Positions 1 through 8,507 of a stretch of 53,245 bases of DNA are shown here, piece by piece. The stretch is taken from assembly GCA_031370785.1 (NCBI GenBank), contig JANMQY010000062.1, positions 1-53,245 of the forward strand, read 5' to 3'. Every line of letters starts with the position of its first letter. Position 1 is the first letter of the stretch. Both the position numbers and the translations under genes were made by a program. Below the pieces are notes generated by a model, which was given only the letters and a program-made list of their open reading frames with translations, searched no databases and was not told the DNA's origin. The DNA comes from Candidatus Eiseniibacteriota bacterium (GTDB taxonomy: Bacteria; Eisenbacteria; RBG-16-71-46).

Positions 1-1675
1 GACGCCTCTCACCTGGGGCGAGAGCATGGCGGCGCCGTGCTACCTCGCGGTGATCCCGTTCACCGACCCGGGCGCGGGGGAGGGCGATGCCCGTCAGCTG
101 TTCTCGCTCGGCGTCACCGAGTCGGTGAGCGCACAGCTCGGGCGGCATCCCGGGCTGCTGGTCGTGCCCGTGCCCCCCGAGCCGGGGCTGGCGGCATCCG
201 ACATGCGCCGCCTCGCGCACGCTCAGGGCGCAGACCTGATCCTGCGCGGCACGGTGCAGCGTTCCGGCGAGCGACTGCGATTGACCTGGTCGCTGCTCGA
301 TCCCGTGCTCGGGGTGCAGGCTGCAGGCGACTCGCTCGACGGCACCGCGGCCGACCTGTTCGATCTGCACGACCGGATCGTGAGCGGGGTGCTGGCGGCG
401 CTCGAGCAGCGCGGGCTGGTGGCGACGGCCGCCTCCGCGGTTTCTGAGGCGGCGGCAGGAGTCGCGGCTTTGCCGATCGCGCCATCGCGCACCAGCCTCG
501 ATGCAATCGCGGCGCAGGAGCGCTACCTGCAGGCGCTCGGCCACCTCCTGCGTTTCGATGACGAGGCGCAGGTGGACGCCGCGATCGAATCGCTGAGTGC
601 GCTGCGCGATGGCAACAACGATAGCGCCGCGGTCGAAGCCGCGCTCGGACGCGCTTACCTCTATAAGCACCAGATCACCCGGGCGAAGGAGTGGGTGGTT
701 CGGGCCGAGGAAGCGTGCCGCCGCGCGCTCGAAATCGATCCCCGATCACCGGACGTCCTTCTCTCGCTGGGCCGGCTGCAGCGCATCTCGGGGCATGCCA
801 CCGAGGCGGTGAAGACGCTGAAGGGCGCACTCAAGCTGCGCCCGGATCATCCCGAGACGCTTGCCGAGCTGGCCAGGTCACTGATCGACGCGGGCAAGTC
901 TTCGCTGGCCGAGCAGACCTACTATCGCGCGCTCGCACTGCGGCCCAACTACTGGGGTGTGTACAACAATCTCGGGGCGTTCTATTTCAATCACGGCCGA
1001 TACGATCGGGCGGTCTCGATGTGGCAGCGGGTCGTGGATCTGTCGCCGGACAATCTGCGCGGCCATCTCAACCTCGGTGGCGCGTACTTCCGGATGGGAC
1101 GCTTCGAGGAAGCGATCGCCGAGTTCCATCGCTCGATCGAGATCCGGCCCGATGCCAGCGCCTTCAGCAATCTCGGCACGGTTCACTACTTCCTCGGACA
1201 GCCCGAAGCGGCGGCCGCCATGCTGGAGAAGGCAGTGGCGCTGCGGCCGGCCGATCCGCGGTTGTGGGGAAATCTCGGGGACGCCTACCGCTGGTCGCCG
1301 GCGCAGAGCGAGCGCGCCGCGGCCGCATTCGAAAAGGCGATCGAGCTCATGCACGGCCAGCTCCAGCTCAATCCCAACAACGCCGAGAGCCTCGGCTGGC
1401 TCGCGGAATGGATGGCGAAGCGCGGCGACTCATCCGACGCGGTCCGCACGGTGCGGCGTGCGCTCAGGCTGGCTCCCGAGGACGTCAACACCATGGCGCG
1501 CGCGATCAACGTCTTTCACCTGGCGAAGGATCGCGCGGAGGCGCTGAAGTGGCTCGCGGCCGCGCTTCGGCTGGGATACGGACTCGAAGAGTTCGAGCGC
1601 GATCCCGAACTCGCGGCGCTCCGCAATGAACCCGGATATGCCTCGCTCGTGAAGCAGCACGCTCGAAGGAAATGA
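1..1675 (+). CDS. TolB-N/FlgO-like domain plus TPR-repeat protein, probably 5'-truncated by the window edge (resembles the C-terminal part of kinase/cyclase-TPR signalling proteins)
   Basis: Frame is open from base 2 to the ATG at 26. LAVIPF…ADLILRGTVQRSGERLRLTWSLLD is TolB-like; multiple TPRs follow (e.g. YNNLGAFYFNHGRYDRAVSMWQRVVDLSP); C-terminal DPELAALR cap motif. Confidence 0.75.
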   Translation, partial: TPLTWGESMAAPCYLAVIPFTDPGAGEGDARQLFSLGVTESVSAQLGRHPGLLVVPVPPEPGLAASDMRRLAHAQGADLILRGTVQRSGERLRLTWSLLDPVLGVQAAGDSLDGTAADLFDLHDRIVSGVLAALEQRGLVATAASAVSEAAAGVAALPIAPSRTSLDAIAAQERYLQALGHLLRFDDEAQVDAAIESLSALRDGNNDSAAVEAALGRAYLYKHQITRAKEWVVRAEEACRRALEIDPRSPDVLLSLGRLQRISGHATEAVKTLKGALKLRPDHPETLAELARSLIDAGKSSLAEQTYYRALALRPNYWGVYNNLGAFYFNHGRYDRAVSMWQRVVDLSPDNLRGHLNLGGAYFRMGRFEEAIAEFHRSIEIRPDASAFSNLGTVHYFLGQPEAAAAMLEKAVALRPADPRLWGNLGDAYRWSPAQSERAAAAFEKAIELMHGQLQLNPNNAESLGWLAEWMAKRGDSSDAVRTVRRALRLAPEDVNTMARAINVFHLAKDRAEALKWLAAALRLGYGLEEFERDPELAALRNEPGYASLVKQHARRK

Positions 1676-1768
1676 ACTTCCACTCATCCCCGCCGTTACC
1701 GCAGCAAGCATCAGGCTGACTCCCTGCCCTTCCGGGCCGGGCCGCACGACCACCGAAAGGAGCAGGAC

Positions 1769-2194
1769 ATGCCGAAATGGCTGATGTGGATTCTGATCGT
1801 CATCGTCATCTGTGTCGCGATCTGGCTGTTGTGCAGGCCGAAGCCTCCCGTGGCATTCCTTCTGGGTGCTACTGACACCGTCGAAGTCGTCCGGGACAGC
1901 GTCGGTGTCTACCACGTCGACTCGAGCGACAAGCTGGTACGGCTCCACCTCAACGACCGGGTGATCTGGAGCTTCGTTCCCGACAGCACGGTGGACAGCG
2001 TGGTCGCGATCTTCGATCCGACCGCGGGCAACCATCCGTTCCTGAGCACGCGATTCGAGTTCTCGTCCGGAAGCGACACGTCGGACGCGATCGTGGTCGC
2101 ACCCGACACGAGCCACACCTACGTCTACCGGATCACGATCTTCCAGGATCCTGATTCCACCAATGCCGACCCCGGGATCATCATCGAGGACTGA
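1769..2194 (+). CDS. Small N-terminally membrane-anchored hypothetical protein (141 aa), predicted beta-sandwich with C-terminal Y-x-Y-x-I…DP-x-I-x-I motif
   Basis: Strong RBS (GAAAGGAG) upstream of ATG; hydrophobic N-terminal helix WLMWILIVIVICVAIWLLC; beta-rich remainder ending TYVYRITIFQDPDSTNADPGIIIED. Confidence 0.75.
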   Translation: MPKWLMWILIVIVICVAIWLLCRPKPPVAFLLGATDTVEVVRDSVGVYHVDSSDKLVRLHLNDRVIWSFVPDSTVDSVVAIFDPTAGNHPFLSTRFEFSSGSDTSDAIVVAPDTSHTYVYRITIFQDPDSTNADPGIIIED

Positions 2195-2224
2195 GATGCA
2201 GGCGCGCGCTCGTCGTCGCTCGAC

Positions 2225-5185
2225 TCAGCGTATCGGGCCGGAAGCGCCGACGAGTACGAATGGCGCCCAGTAGAAGGGCGAGCGCGTCTCCGGATCCGCG
2301 ATCAGCGTGCGTTTCGCTGCGGCCAGCGCTGCCGCGGCCGGAGCATGTTTCCGAAGCAGCGGGCGGTAGAACTGCTGCATGAGCAGCGCCGTGGAACGGT
2401 CGTTCACCTTCCACAGGCTGACGACCACGCTGCGCGCGCCCGCCGCCAGGAATGCGCGGCTCAGACCGATCACGCCCTCTCCGCGCTCGAGCCGGCCGTA
2501 ACCGGTCTCGCACGCGGAGAGCGTGACCAGGGATGCGTCGAGCGGAATTCCGAGGATGTCGCCGAGCCCGAGGAATCCGGGGACGCCATCTTCCTCGGCG
2601 AGCCACAGACCGGAACGCTCGGGCTCGGCCTCGTTGGCCTCCCCGTGCGTGGCGATGTGGATCAGGGAAGCCTGGTGCAGCGCGGGAAGCGCGAGCAGGC
2701 GCGTGCGCGTCGCGAAATCGCCGGTCAGGGTCACGATCGGCCCTTTGCTCGCCGCCGCCAGCGCGCGCACTTCCTCCGCGGTGTGGGGGAGCGAGTCGAG
2801 CGGTGCGCGGTGCCCGGGCGGCGGCTCATCGCCGAAGTGGACGGCGCCGAGCGCGACGATCGAACCGGAAGCCGAGACGTTGCCGGCCGCGCGTGCGGCC
2901 AGCGCGCTGGCCGAAGGTGCATAAGAAACCGCGAAGCGCTCGACCAGCCACGCGCCGCGCCCGACGGGCCTGCCCTCGGGTATTTCCCTGGCGAGCAGCG
3001 CTTCGAACGGGATGCGCGCGAGCGCGCCATCCGGCGCGACGATCAGATGGGTCACGCCTTTCAGCATGGACTCGGCGGGCTCGATCAATGATCGATACAG
3101 CGACCGCGCCGCATTGTGCGCGATACGCGCGTCGGCGGTCCGAGGCGAAGCCAGTGCACGCCGCAGGATCTCGGCGCGCGCCTCGAGCACCGCGCGCGGT
3201 GGGAGGGTGAAGCGCTTCCAGCCGCGTCTCGTGATCGCCCACAACGTCGAGCTCGAATCCCCGACGCTGTATTCGAGCAGCGCCTCGTGCTCCGAGGAGA
3301 GCAGATCGCGCGCGGCGGCGAGACCGATCGGCCGGGCCGGCTCGGCGCGATGCCCGCTCGATGAGATCAGGTCGAGGAATGCGCGCGCCCGCGCATGTTC
3401 CGCCCACGAGAATGCCTCCGCCGCGTAGCCGCTCTCGGGCACGGCCGCGTCCCGCTTGCCGAGCAGATGAATCAGCGCTTCGAACGCGAACAGCCGGCGC
3501 GACAGCAGCACGATCGAAGGCTGCTCTCCGCTCTGGCGCGAGCGCAGCGTGTCGATGAGCGAGGCGGCGAGGCGATCGTTACAAAGCGCACCCGGGTAGT
3601 CGCCGCGGCGCTCCGCCACGTCGCCGAGCCCGAGCAGCGCGGGCCATGCGTTTTCGGGCGTGCCCGCTTCGTTGGCCATCGCCAGCGCGCGCCGGAATCC
3701 GTCCTCTGCCTCATCGGTGCGGCCGCGCAGCGCATCAGTGCTCGCCAGATTGACCGCGTCATGGATGCGCACTTCCACGGCCATCGCGGTATTGAGCGCG
3801 GCCGCGCGGCTGAACCAGGTCGCGGCATCCGAGGGATCGCCTCGCTCCAGCGCCAGCACTCCGAGGCTGGCCAGTGCATCGTGCTCCAGCGTCCCGGCGC
3901 CGGTCGACTCGGCCACCGCCCGCGCGCGTTCGAGAAGAACTCGCGCCCCGGTCGGATCGCCCTGCAGCCGCGCGACGATGCCCAGATTGTTGAGGGCGCG
4001 CGACTCCGCATCCCGATCCCGGCGCGCCTCGGCCAGAGCCAGAGCGCGCTCGAGCGGGTCCCGCGCCGCTCGCGCATCCTGGAGTTCGACCCAGATCAGA
4101 CCCAGCTCGAGGGAGGCTTCCAGCTCGGTATTGGCATCGCGCGCCTCGGCGCTCAGGGCCCGCGCGCGCTCGAGTCGCTCTGCGGACTCCGCGTAGCGCC
4201 CCTGCAGGCGCAGGACCGAGCCCAGTCCGAACTCGGCGTGTGCCTCGAACTGCGTGTCCCCGAGCGATCGAGTGAGGGTCAGCGTGCGCCGCCACAGCGG
4301 GAGGGCCTCGTCCGGCTTTCCGTCTCTCACCAGCTGCTGGGCGAGATTGATCAGCACCTGCTGGGTGCGCGCGCTGTCCCCCTGGGCCACGGTGAGCTCG
4401 AGCGCCTGGCGGAAGAATACGCGCGCCGAGTCGGCGCGCCCGAGCGCCGCCGAGGCGAGGCCCATGTAGTTGAGCGTCAGTCCGAGCGCCGCGCGCTCGC
4501 CGGTGCGCTCGCGCACCGACCGCGCCTGCTGAAAGAAGGCATACGCCTCCTCGTTGCGACCGCGCTGAAAGTTCGTCGATCCGAGGACATTGAGGGTCGC
4601 CCCGATCATCCGCGGATCGCCGAGCGCGCGGCGTGCGGCCAGCGCCTGGCGGTACACGCTGTCGGCGCGTTCGTAGTCGCCGGCCAGAAAGCTCACCACG
4701 CCGAGGCTGCCCAGCACCCAGGCCTCGCGCCGCTTCTCGGCGAGCGCCCGGTAGTCTTCGAGCGCGGCGAGATACAGGCTCTCCGCCGCGGGAAAATCAC
4801 GCGATGCGAGCTGTGCCGCAGCGAGCGACTCGGCGATCGAGGCGTGCACGCGGCGGCGCTGGGCGCTTTCGCTCCAGCGCGAGCGGAGCGCGAGCGCATC
4901 GGACGCAATGCGGCTGCCGAGCGCCGGCGTTTCGGAAGCCGCGACGCGACGCGCCAGCGCATCGAGCCGCGCCGCCGAGTCGGCCTTCGTGAGGCGCGCG
5001 CGAAGCGCGGACACCAGCAGCGAGTTCCACGACGTCTCGTACTGCGTGCCGCTCGCCCGGATCGCGGCGGGCAGCAGGCTGTCGGCCACCGCGAAGCGCG
5101 CGTAAGGCTGGGCATGCGAGGGCGCCGCCGAGGCGAGCGCGAGCCCGAGCGTGAGCAGGACGCGCAGGCGGGCCGGGGTGTGCAT
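2225..5185 (-). CDS. TPR-repeat CHAT-domain (caspase-like) protease with predicted signal peptide (~986 aa)
   Basis: CHAT motifs LIVAPDGALARIPFEAL, IHIATHG (His), VTLSACETG (Cys), FLAAGARSVVVSLWKVND, PFYWAPFVLVG; many TPRs. Start moved to MHTPARL (AGGAG upstream), followed by the signal-like LLTLGLALASAAPSHA-Q. Confidence 0.9.
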   Translation of the reverse strand: MHTPARLRVLLTLGLALASAAPSHAQPYARFAVADSLLPAAIRASGTQYETSWNSLLVSALRARLTKADSAARLDALARRVAASETPALGSRIASDALALRSRWSESAQRRRVHASIAESLAAAQLASRDFPAAESLYLAALEDYRALAEKRREAWVLGSLGVVSFLAGDYERADSVYRQALAARRALGDPRMIGATLNVLGSTNFQRGRNEEAYAFFQQARSVRERTGERAALGLTLNYMGLASAALGRADSARVFFRQALELTVAQGDSARTQQVLINLAQQLVRDGKPDEALPLWRRTLTLTRSLGDTQFEAHAEFGLGSVLRLQGRYAESAERLERARALSAEARDANTELEASLELGLIWVELQDARAARDPLERALALAEARRDRDAESRALNNLGIVARLQGDPTGARVLLERARAVAESTGAGTLEHDALASLGVLALERGDPSDAATWFSRAAALNTAMAVEVRIHDAVNLASTDALRGRTDEAEDGFRRALAMANEAGTPENAWPALLGLGDVAERRGDYPGALCNDRLAASLIDTLRSRQSGEQPSIVLLSRRLFAFEALIHLLGKRDAAVPESGYAAEAFSWAEHARARAFLDLISSSGHRAEPARPIGLAAARDLLSSEHEALLEYSVGDSSSTLWAITRRGWKRFTLPPRAVLEARAEILRRALASPRTADARIAHNAARSLYRSLIEPAESMLKGVTHLIVAPDGALARIPFEALLAREIPEGRPVGRGAWLVERFAVSYAPSASALAARAAGNVSASGSIVALGAVHFGDEPPPGHRAPLDSLPHTAEEVRALAAASKGPIVTLTGDFATRTRLLALPALHQASLIHIATHGEANEAEPERSGLWLAEEDGVPGFLGLGDILGIPLDASLVTLSACETGYGRLERGEGVIGLSRAFLAAGARSVVVSLWKVNDRSTALLMQQFYRPLLRKHAPAAAALAAAKRTLIADPETRSPFYWAPFVLVGASGPIR

Positions 5186-5227
5186 CGATCGCGAGTCTCC
5201 TGGGGCACGAAGTACGAAGCGCAACGG

Positions 5228-5255
5228 TGAGAGTCTCGCGAAAGATAGAGGTTCC
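5228..5255 (-). promoter_or_regulatory. Possible ECF-sigma-type promoter for the CHAT gene (GGAACC-N16-CTCTCA)
   Basis: Minus strand reads GGAACC TCTATCTTTCGCGAGA CTCTCA, about 40 nt upstream of the start. GGAAC is typical of ECF -35 elements; the match is weak. Confidence 0.25.
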
Positions 5256-5367
5256 GGACCCGGGACGCAGCGAAAAGCGTGGCGCGCCGCTGGAGCCGCG
5301 CGCCTTGGCTTGATAGAGTCGCCCGCGTTCACAGTCAGGAAGCCACCGGCACAGCCCAGAGGAGACC

Positions 5368-5805
5368 ATGCGCAAAGCCACGCACGCAGACGCCGAGTTG
5401 CTGCTCGAGCTCTACGAGATCCGCCGCGAGCCCGAGCTGCGCCGCGCCCGCCAGTGGTTCCTGACCGTATTCAACCCGGCGAGCTGGGCGGAGATCCAGT
5501 CGCGCTACCTTTCGCACTCCGACGAGGACCGCTGGTTCCGCATGACCACTTCGTACTGGGAGATGGTCGGGACCATGCTGGTGAACGGCGTCCTGCATGC
5601 CGAGATGCTGTTCGATCATACCGGCGAGGACATCGTGACCTGGGAGCGGTGCAAGTCCTGGATCGCCGACGCGCGCGCCGACATCCGCCCGACCTACCTG
5701 TGGCGCTTCGAGCAGATGGTGGTCGCGCATCAGGCCTACCGCGCACGCACCATCGCCGCGTTCGCGCGCAAGCCGAAGGCTTCCGCCGCGCGCAGGAAGC
5801 ACTGA
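5368..5805 (+). CDS. Conserved hypothetical protein, DUF4760-like
   Basis: RBS GAGGAG; LLELYEIRREPELRRARQWF…YWEMVGTMLVNGVL pattern recalls DUF4760; ends 1 nt before aroC. Confidence 0.6.
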   Translation: MRKATHADAELLLELYEIRREPELRRARQWFLTVFNPASWAEIQSRYLSHSDEDRWFRMTTSYWEMVGTMLVNGVLHAEMLFDHTGEDIVTWERCKSWIADARADIRPTYLWRFEQMVVAHQAYRARTIAAFARKPKASAARRKH

Positions 5806-5806
5806 G

Positions 5807-6868
5807 GTGTCGTCCACCTTCGGTCAGCTGTTCCGGGTGACGACCTTCGGCGAGTCGCACGGACCGGCGGTCGGCGTAGTGGTGGACGGCATGCCGCCCG
5901 GGATCGCGGTCGAGGTCGCGGCAATCCAGCACGAGCTGGACCGGCGCCGTCCGGGTCAGAGCGCGCTCACCAGCCAGCGCAGCGAGGCCGATCAGGTGCA
6001 GGTGCTGTCGGGTCTCTTCGAAGGCGTCACGCTCGGTACCCCGATCGCGATGCTGGTGCAGAACACCGATCAGAAGTCGAAGGACTACGACAACCTCAAG
6101 GACGTGTTCCGCCCGGGACACGCCGACTACGTCTACTTCGAGAAATACGGCGTGCGCGATCATCGCGGCGGCGGGCGCTCATCGGGACGCGAGACGGTCG
6201 GCCGCGTCGCGGCCGGCGCGCTGGCCAGAACCGCGCTTGCCACGGTCGGAGTCGGCATCGTCGGCGGCACGGTGCAGGTGGCCGCCGTGAAGGCGAGCCG
6301 CCGCGACTGGGACCAGGTCGAGAAGAACCCGGTGCGCTGCCCGGATGCCACCGCCGCCGAGGCCATGGCGAAGGTCATCGCCGCGGCCCGCGACGAGAAG
6401 GATTCCGTGGGCGGCGTGGTCGAGGTCGTTGCGACCGGCGTTCCGGCGGGCTGGGGGGATCCGACCATGGCCAAGCTCGACGCGCTGCTCGGCGCGGCGA
6501 TGCTGTCGATCCCGGCCACCAAGGGCGTCGAGATCGGCGGCGGCTTCGGCATGTGCGCGCTGCACGGATCTGAGACCAACGATGTCTTCGAGGGCGGCCG
6601 CTACCGCACCAATTTCGCGGGCGGGATCTCGGGCGGCATCTCGAACAGCGCGGAGATCGTGGTACGCGTCGCGGTGCGACCGGCGACCTCGATCGGCAAG
6701 GCCCAGACCGCGGCCACGAAGGAGGGCGGCACCACCACCATCGAGATCCGGGGCCGCCACGATCCGTGCATCTGTCCGCGGGTGGTGCCGGTGGCGGAGA
6801 GCATGATGGCGATCACCCTGGTGGATGTCTGGCTCCGGCAGCGCGCGCTGCGGGGGAGAGACCGCTAG
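5807..6868 (+). CDS. aroC: Chorismate synthase
   Basis: STFGQLFRVTTFGESHG, RPGHAD, RSSGRET, GGISGGIS, GRHDPC signatures; GTG start. Confidence 0.97.
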   Translation: MSSTFGQLFRVTTFGESHGPAVGVVVDGMPPGIAVEVAAIQHELDRRRPGQSALTSQRSEADQVQVLSGLFEGVTLGTPIAMLVQNTDQKSKDYDNLKDVFRPGHADYVYFEKYGVRDHRGGGRSSGRETVGRVAAGALARTALATVGVGIVGGTVQVAAVKASRRDWDQVEKNPVRCPDATAAEAMAKVIAAARDEKDSVGGVVEVVATGVPAGWGDPTMAKLDALLGAAMLSIPATKGVEIGGGFGMCALHGSETNDVFEGGRYRTNFAGGISGGISNSAEIVVRVAVRPATSIGKAQTAATKEGGTTTIEIRGRHDPCICPRVVPVAESMMAITLVDVWLRQRALRGRDR

Positions 6869-6947
6869 CGCTTCCGGTGCTACTCTTACCCGGTCACGCG
6901 TGCGCCCCCATCGCGTGGCGCCACTGCCGCACGGAGGACCTACCCGC

Positions 6948-8261
6948 TTGCGCGTGATCCGATGGGCACCCGCCGCCGCACTGGCCGCGCTGTCGCTGGC
7001 GGCGGCCGCGAGCCACGCCCAGCCGATGTACGGCATCAAGGACCTCGGCACCCTCGGCGGCTCGTTCAGCGGCTCGCTGAGCCTCAACGCGAACGCGCAC
7101 ATCGTCGGCTATTCGCAGATCTCGGGCAGCGGCCTCGTCCATGGTTTCCTGGCAGGGCCTGCCGGCATGACCGACATCGGCACGCTGGGAGGGGACCAGA
7201 GCGTGGCGCGTGCGATCAATGGTCTCGGTCACGTGGTGGGCTGGGCGTTTACCTCCGCCGGCGAGCGTCACGCCTTCCTGCTGCGCAGCGGCGTGATGCT
7301 CGATCTGGGCACGCTGTCGGGCTGGCCCATCGATGCGTGGGGCCTGAACGATCGCGACGAGGTCGTGGGCTCCTATGAGGTGGGGACCTACGAGCGGGCC
7401 TACGTCTGGCGCGATGGCGTGATGAACGACCTGGGCACGCTGGGCGGAACCGACAGCCGCGCCTACTCGATCAACGAGCAGGGCGACATCGTCGGATTCG
7501 CGCGCCCGTTCGACAACACCGAGCTGCACGCGTGCGTGTGGCGCGACGGAGTGCCGGAGGACCTCGGCACGCTCGGCGGCTGGGCGAGCCATGCCTACGA
7601 CATCAACGACTACGGCAAGGTCGTGGGCTGGACGATGGAAGTGCCCAATTACATCAGCCACGGCTATGTCTGGACGAACGGCGTGATGGTGGATCTGGGC
7701 ACGCTGGGCGGCCCCTACAGTGCGGCGTTCGCCATCAACAACCAGGGCGAAGTGGTCGGAGCCTCGACCGACAATGTCGAGCAGCAGCGCGCCGTGTACT
7801 GCAGCGGAGGTCCGCCGTGGGTGGATCTGAATACGCGTCTGGCGCCGGGTTCGGGCTGGCTCCTGACCAGCGCCAGCGACATCAACGAGAACGGCCAGAT
7901 CGCGGGCGTCGGGGTCTTCAACGGCAGCGAGCATGCCTACCTTCTCACGCCGCTTCCGGCGCTCGCGGTGGATCCGAAGCCATCCCGCCTCGAATTCGCG
8001 GGGGCTGCGCCCAATCCGTTCTATGGACGCACCCGCCTGAGCTTCACGCTCGCGCTCGCGGGACACGCCTCGCTCGCCATCTTCGATCTTGCCGGCCGCA
8101 GCGTACGAAACCTCGCGGATGGGCGCTTCGAAGCCGGATCGACCTCGCTCGAGTGGGATGGCCGTGACGACGAGGGGCAGCGACTCGGCGCGGGCGTCTA
8201 CTGGGCGCGCTTCGAGTCCGCGGGGCTTCGCGCGACCGCACGCATCGCCCTGCTGCACTGA
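6948..8261 (+). CDS. Secreted HAF-repeat (beta-propeller) protein with C-terminal FlgD-Ig/T9SS-like sorting domain
   Basis: Six DLGTLGG-type repeats plus a degenerate seventh (with INxxGxVVG…HAF); C-terminal PNPF…IFDLAGRSVRNL…WDGRDDEGQRLGAGVY; TTG start after GGAGG at 6933-6937; Ala-rich signal peptide. Confidence 0.85.
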   Translation: MRVIRWAPAAALAALSLAAAASHAQPMYGIKDLGTLGGSFSGSLSLNANAHIVGYSQISGSGLVHGFLAGPAGMTDIGTLGGDQSVARAINGLGHVVGWAFTSAGERHAFLLRSGVMLDLGTLSGWPIDAWGLNDRDEVVGSYEVGTYERAYVWRDGVMNDLGTLGGTDSRAYSINEQGDIVGFARPFDNTELHACVWRDGVPEDLGTLGGWASHAYDINDYGKVVGWTMEVPNYISHGYVWTNGVMVDLGTLGGPYSAAFAINNQGEVVGASTDNVEQQRAVYCSGGPPWVDLNTRLAPGSGWLLTSASDINENGQIAGVGVFNGSEHAYLLTPLPALAVDPKPSRLEFAGAAPNPFYGRTRLSFTLALAGHASLAIFDLAGRSVRNLADGRFEAGSTSLEWDGRDDEGQRLGAGVYWARFESAGLRATARIALLH

Positions 8262-8274
8262 AGCGCCGGTTTCG

Positions 8275-8304
8275 TTGACCGTTTCTCGAATCGCGTGCTA
8301 GGCT
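8275..8304 (+). promoter_or_regulatory. Sigma70-type promoter for the leader-aroF transcript
   Basis: TTGACC-N18-TAGGCT with extended -10 TG. Confidence 0.55.
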
Positions 8305-8332
8305 CCTTCACCGTCGTTTCATCGGAGGCCGC

Positions 8333-8413
8333 ATGCGACTCACCCGTTGCACCTGGTATTGGCGCTGGTACGGCAACGCTCGGCGTGGCCGGGAGTGTGC
8401 GTCTGTCCAGTGA
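8333..8413 (+). CDS. Putative attenuator leader peptide MRLTRCTWYWRWYGNARRGRECASVQ (26 aa; 3 Trp + 2 Tyr in six codons)
   Basis: GGAGG at 8324-8328, ATG at 8333, codons TGG TAT TGG CGC TGG TAC at 8354-8371, TGA at 8411-8413; directly upstream of DAHP synthase. Confidence 0.85.
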   Translation: MRLTRCTWYWRWYGNARRGRECASVQ

Positions 8414-8439
8414 CGGGTCCGTCTCCAACGCAAACTTCC

Positions 8440-8473
8440 AGCCCATGCCCGGTCGGCGTGGGCTTCTTGCTTT
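8440..8473 (+). terminator. Attenuator terminator hairpin upstream of aroF
   Basis: AGCCCATGCC-cggtc-GGCGTGGGCT stem followed by TCTTGCTTT. Confidence 0.75.
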
Positions 8474-8507
8474 CGGCGCCACGCGCGACCTCGTGAGGTC
8501 CTGATCC

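Noticed and set aside
7040..7720. Recurring GACCTCGGCACGCTCGGCGG-like DNA repeats as a possible CRISPR array
   Set aside because: Degenerate, in frame, and encode the DLGTLGG protein repeats; spacing of about 130 nt and no cas genes.
8295..8504. 69-aa ORF upstream of aroF in the ORF track
   Set aside because: Starts within the predicted promoter and lacks an RBS; the 26-aa W/Y-rich ORF in another frame explains the region better.
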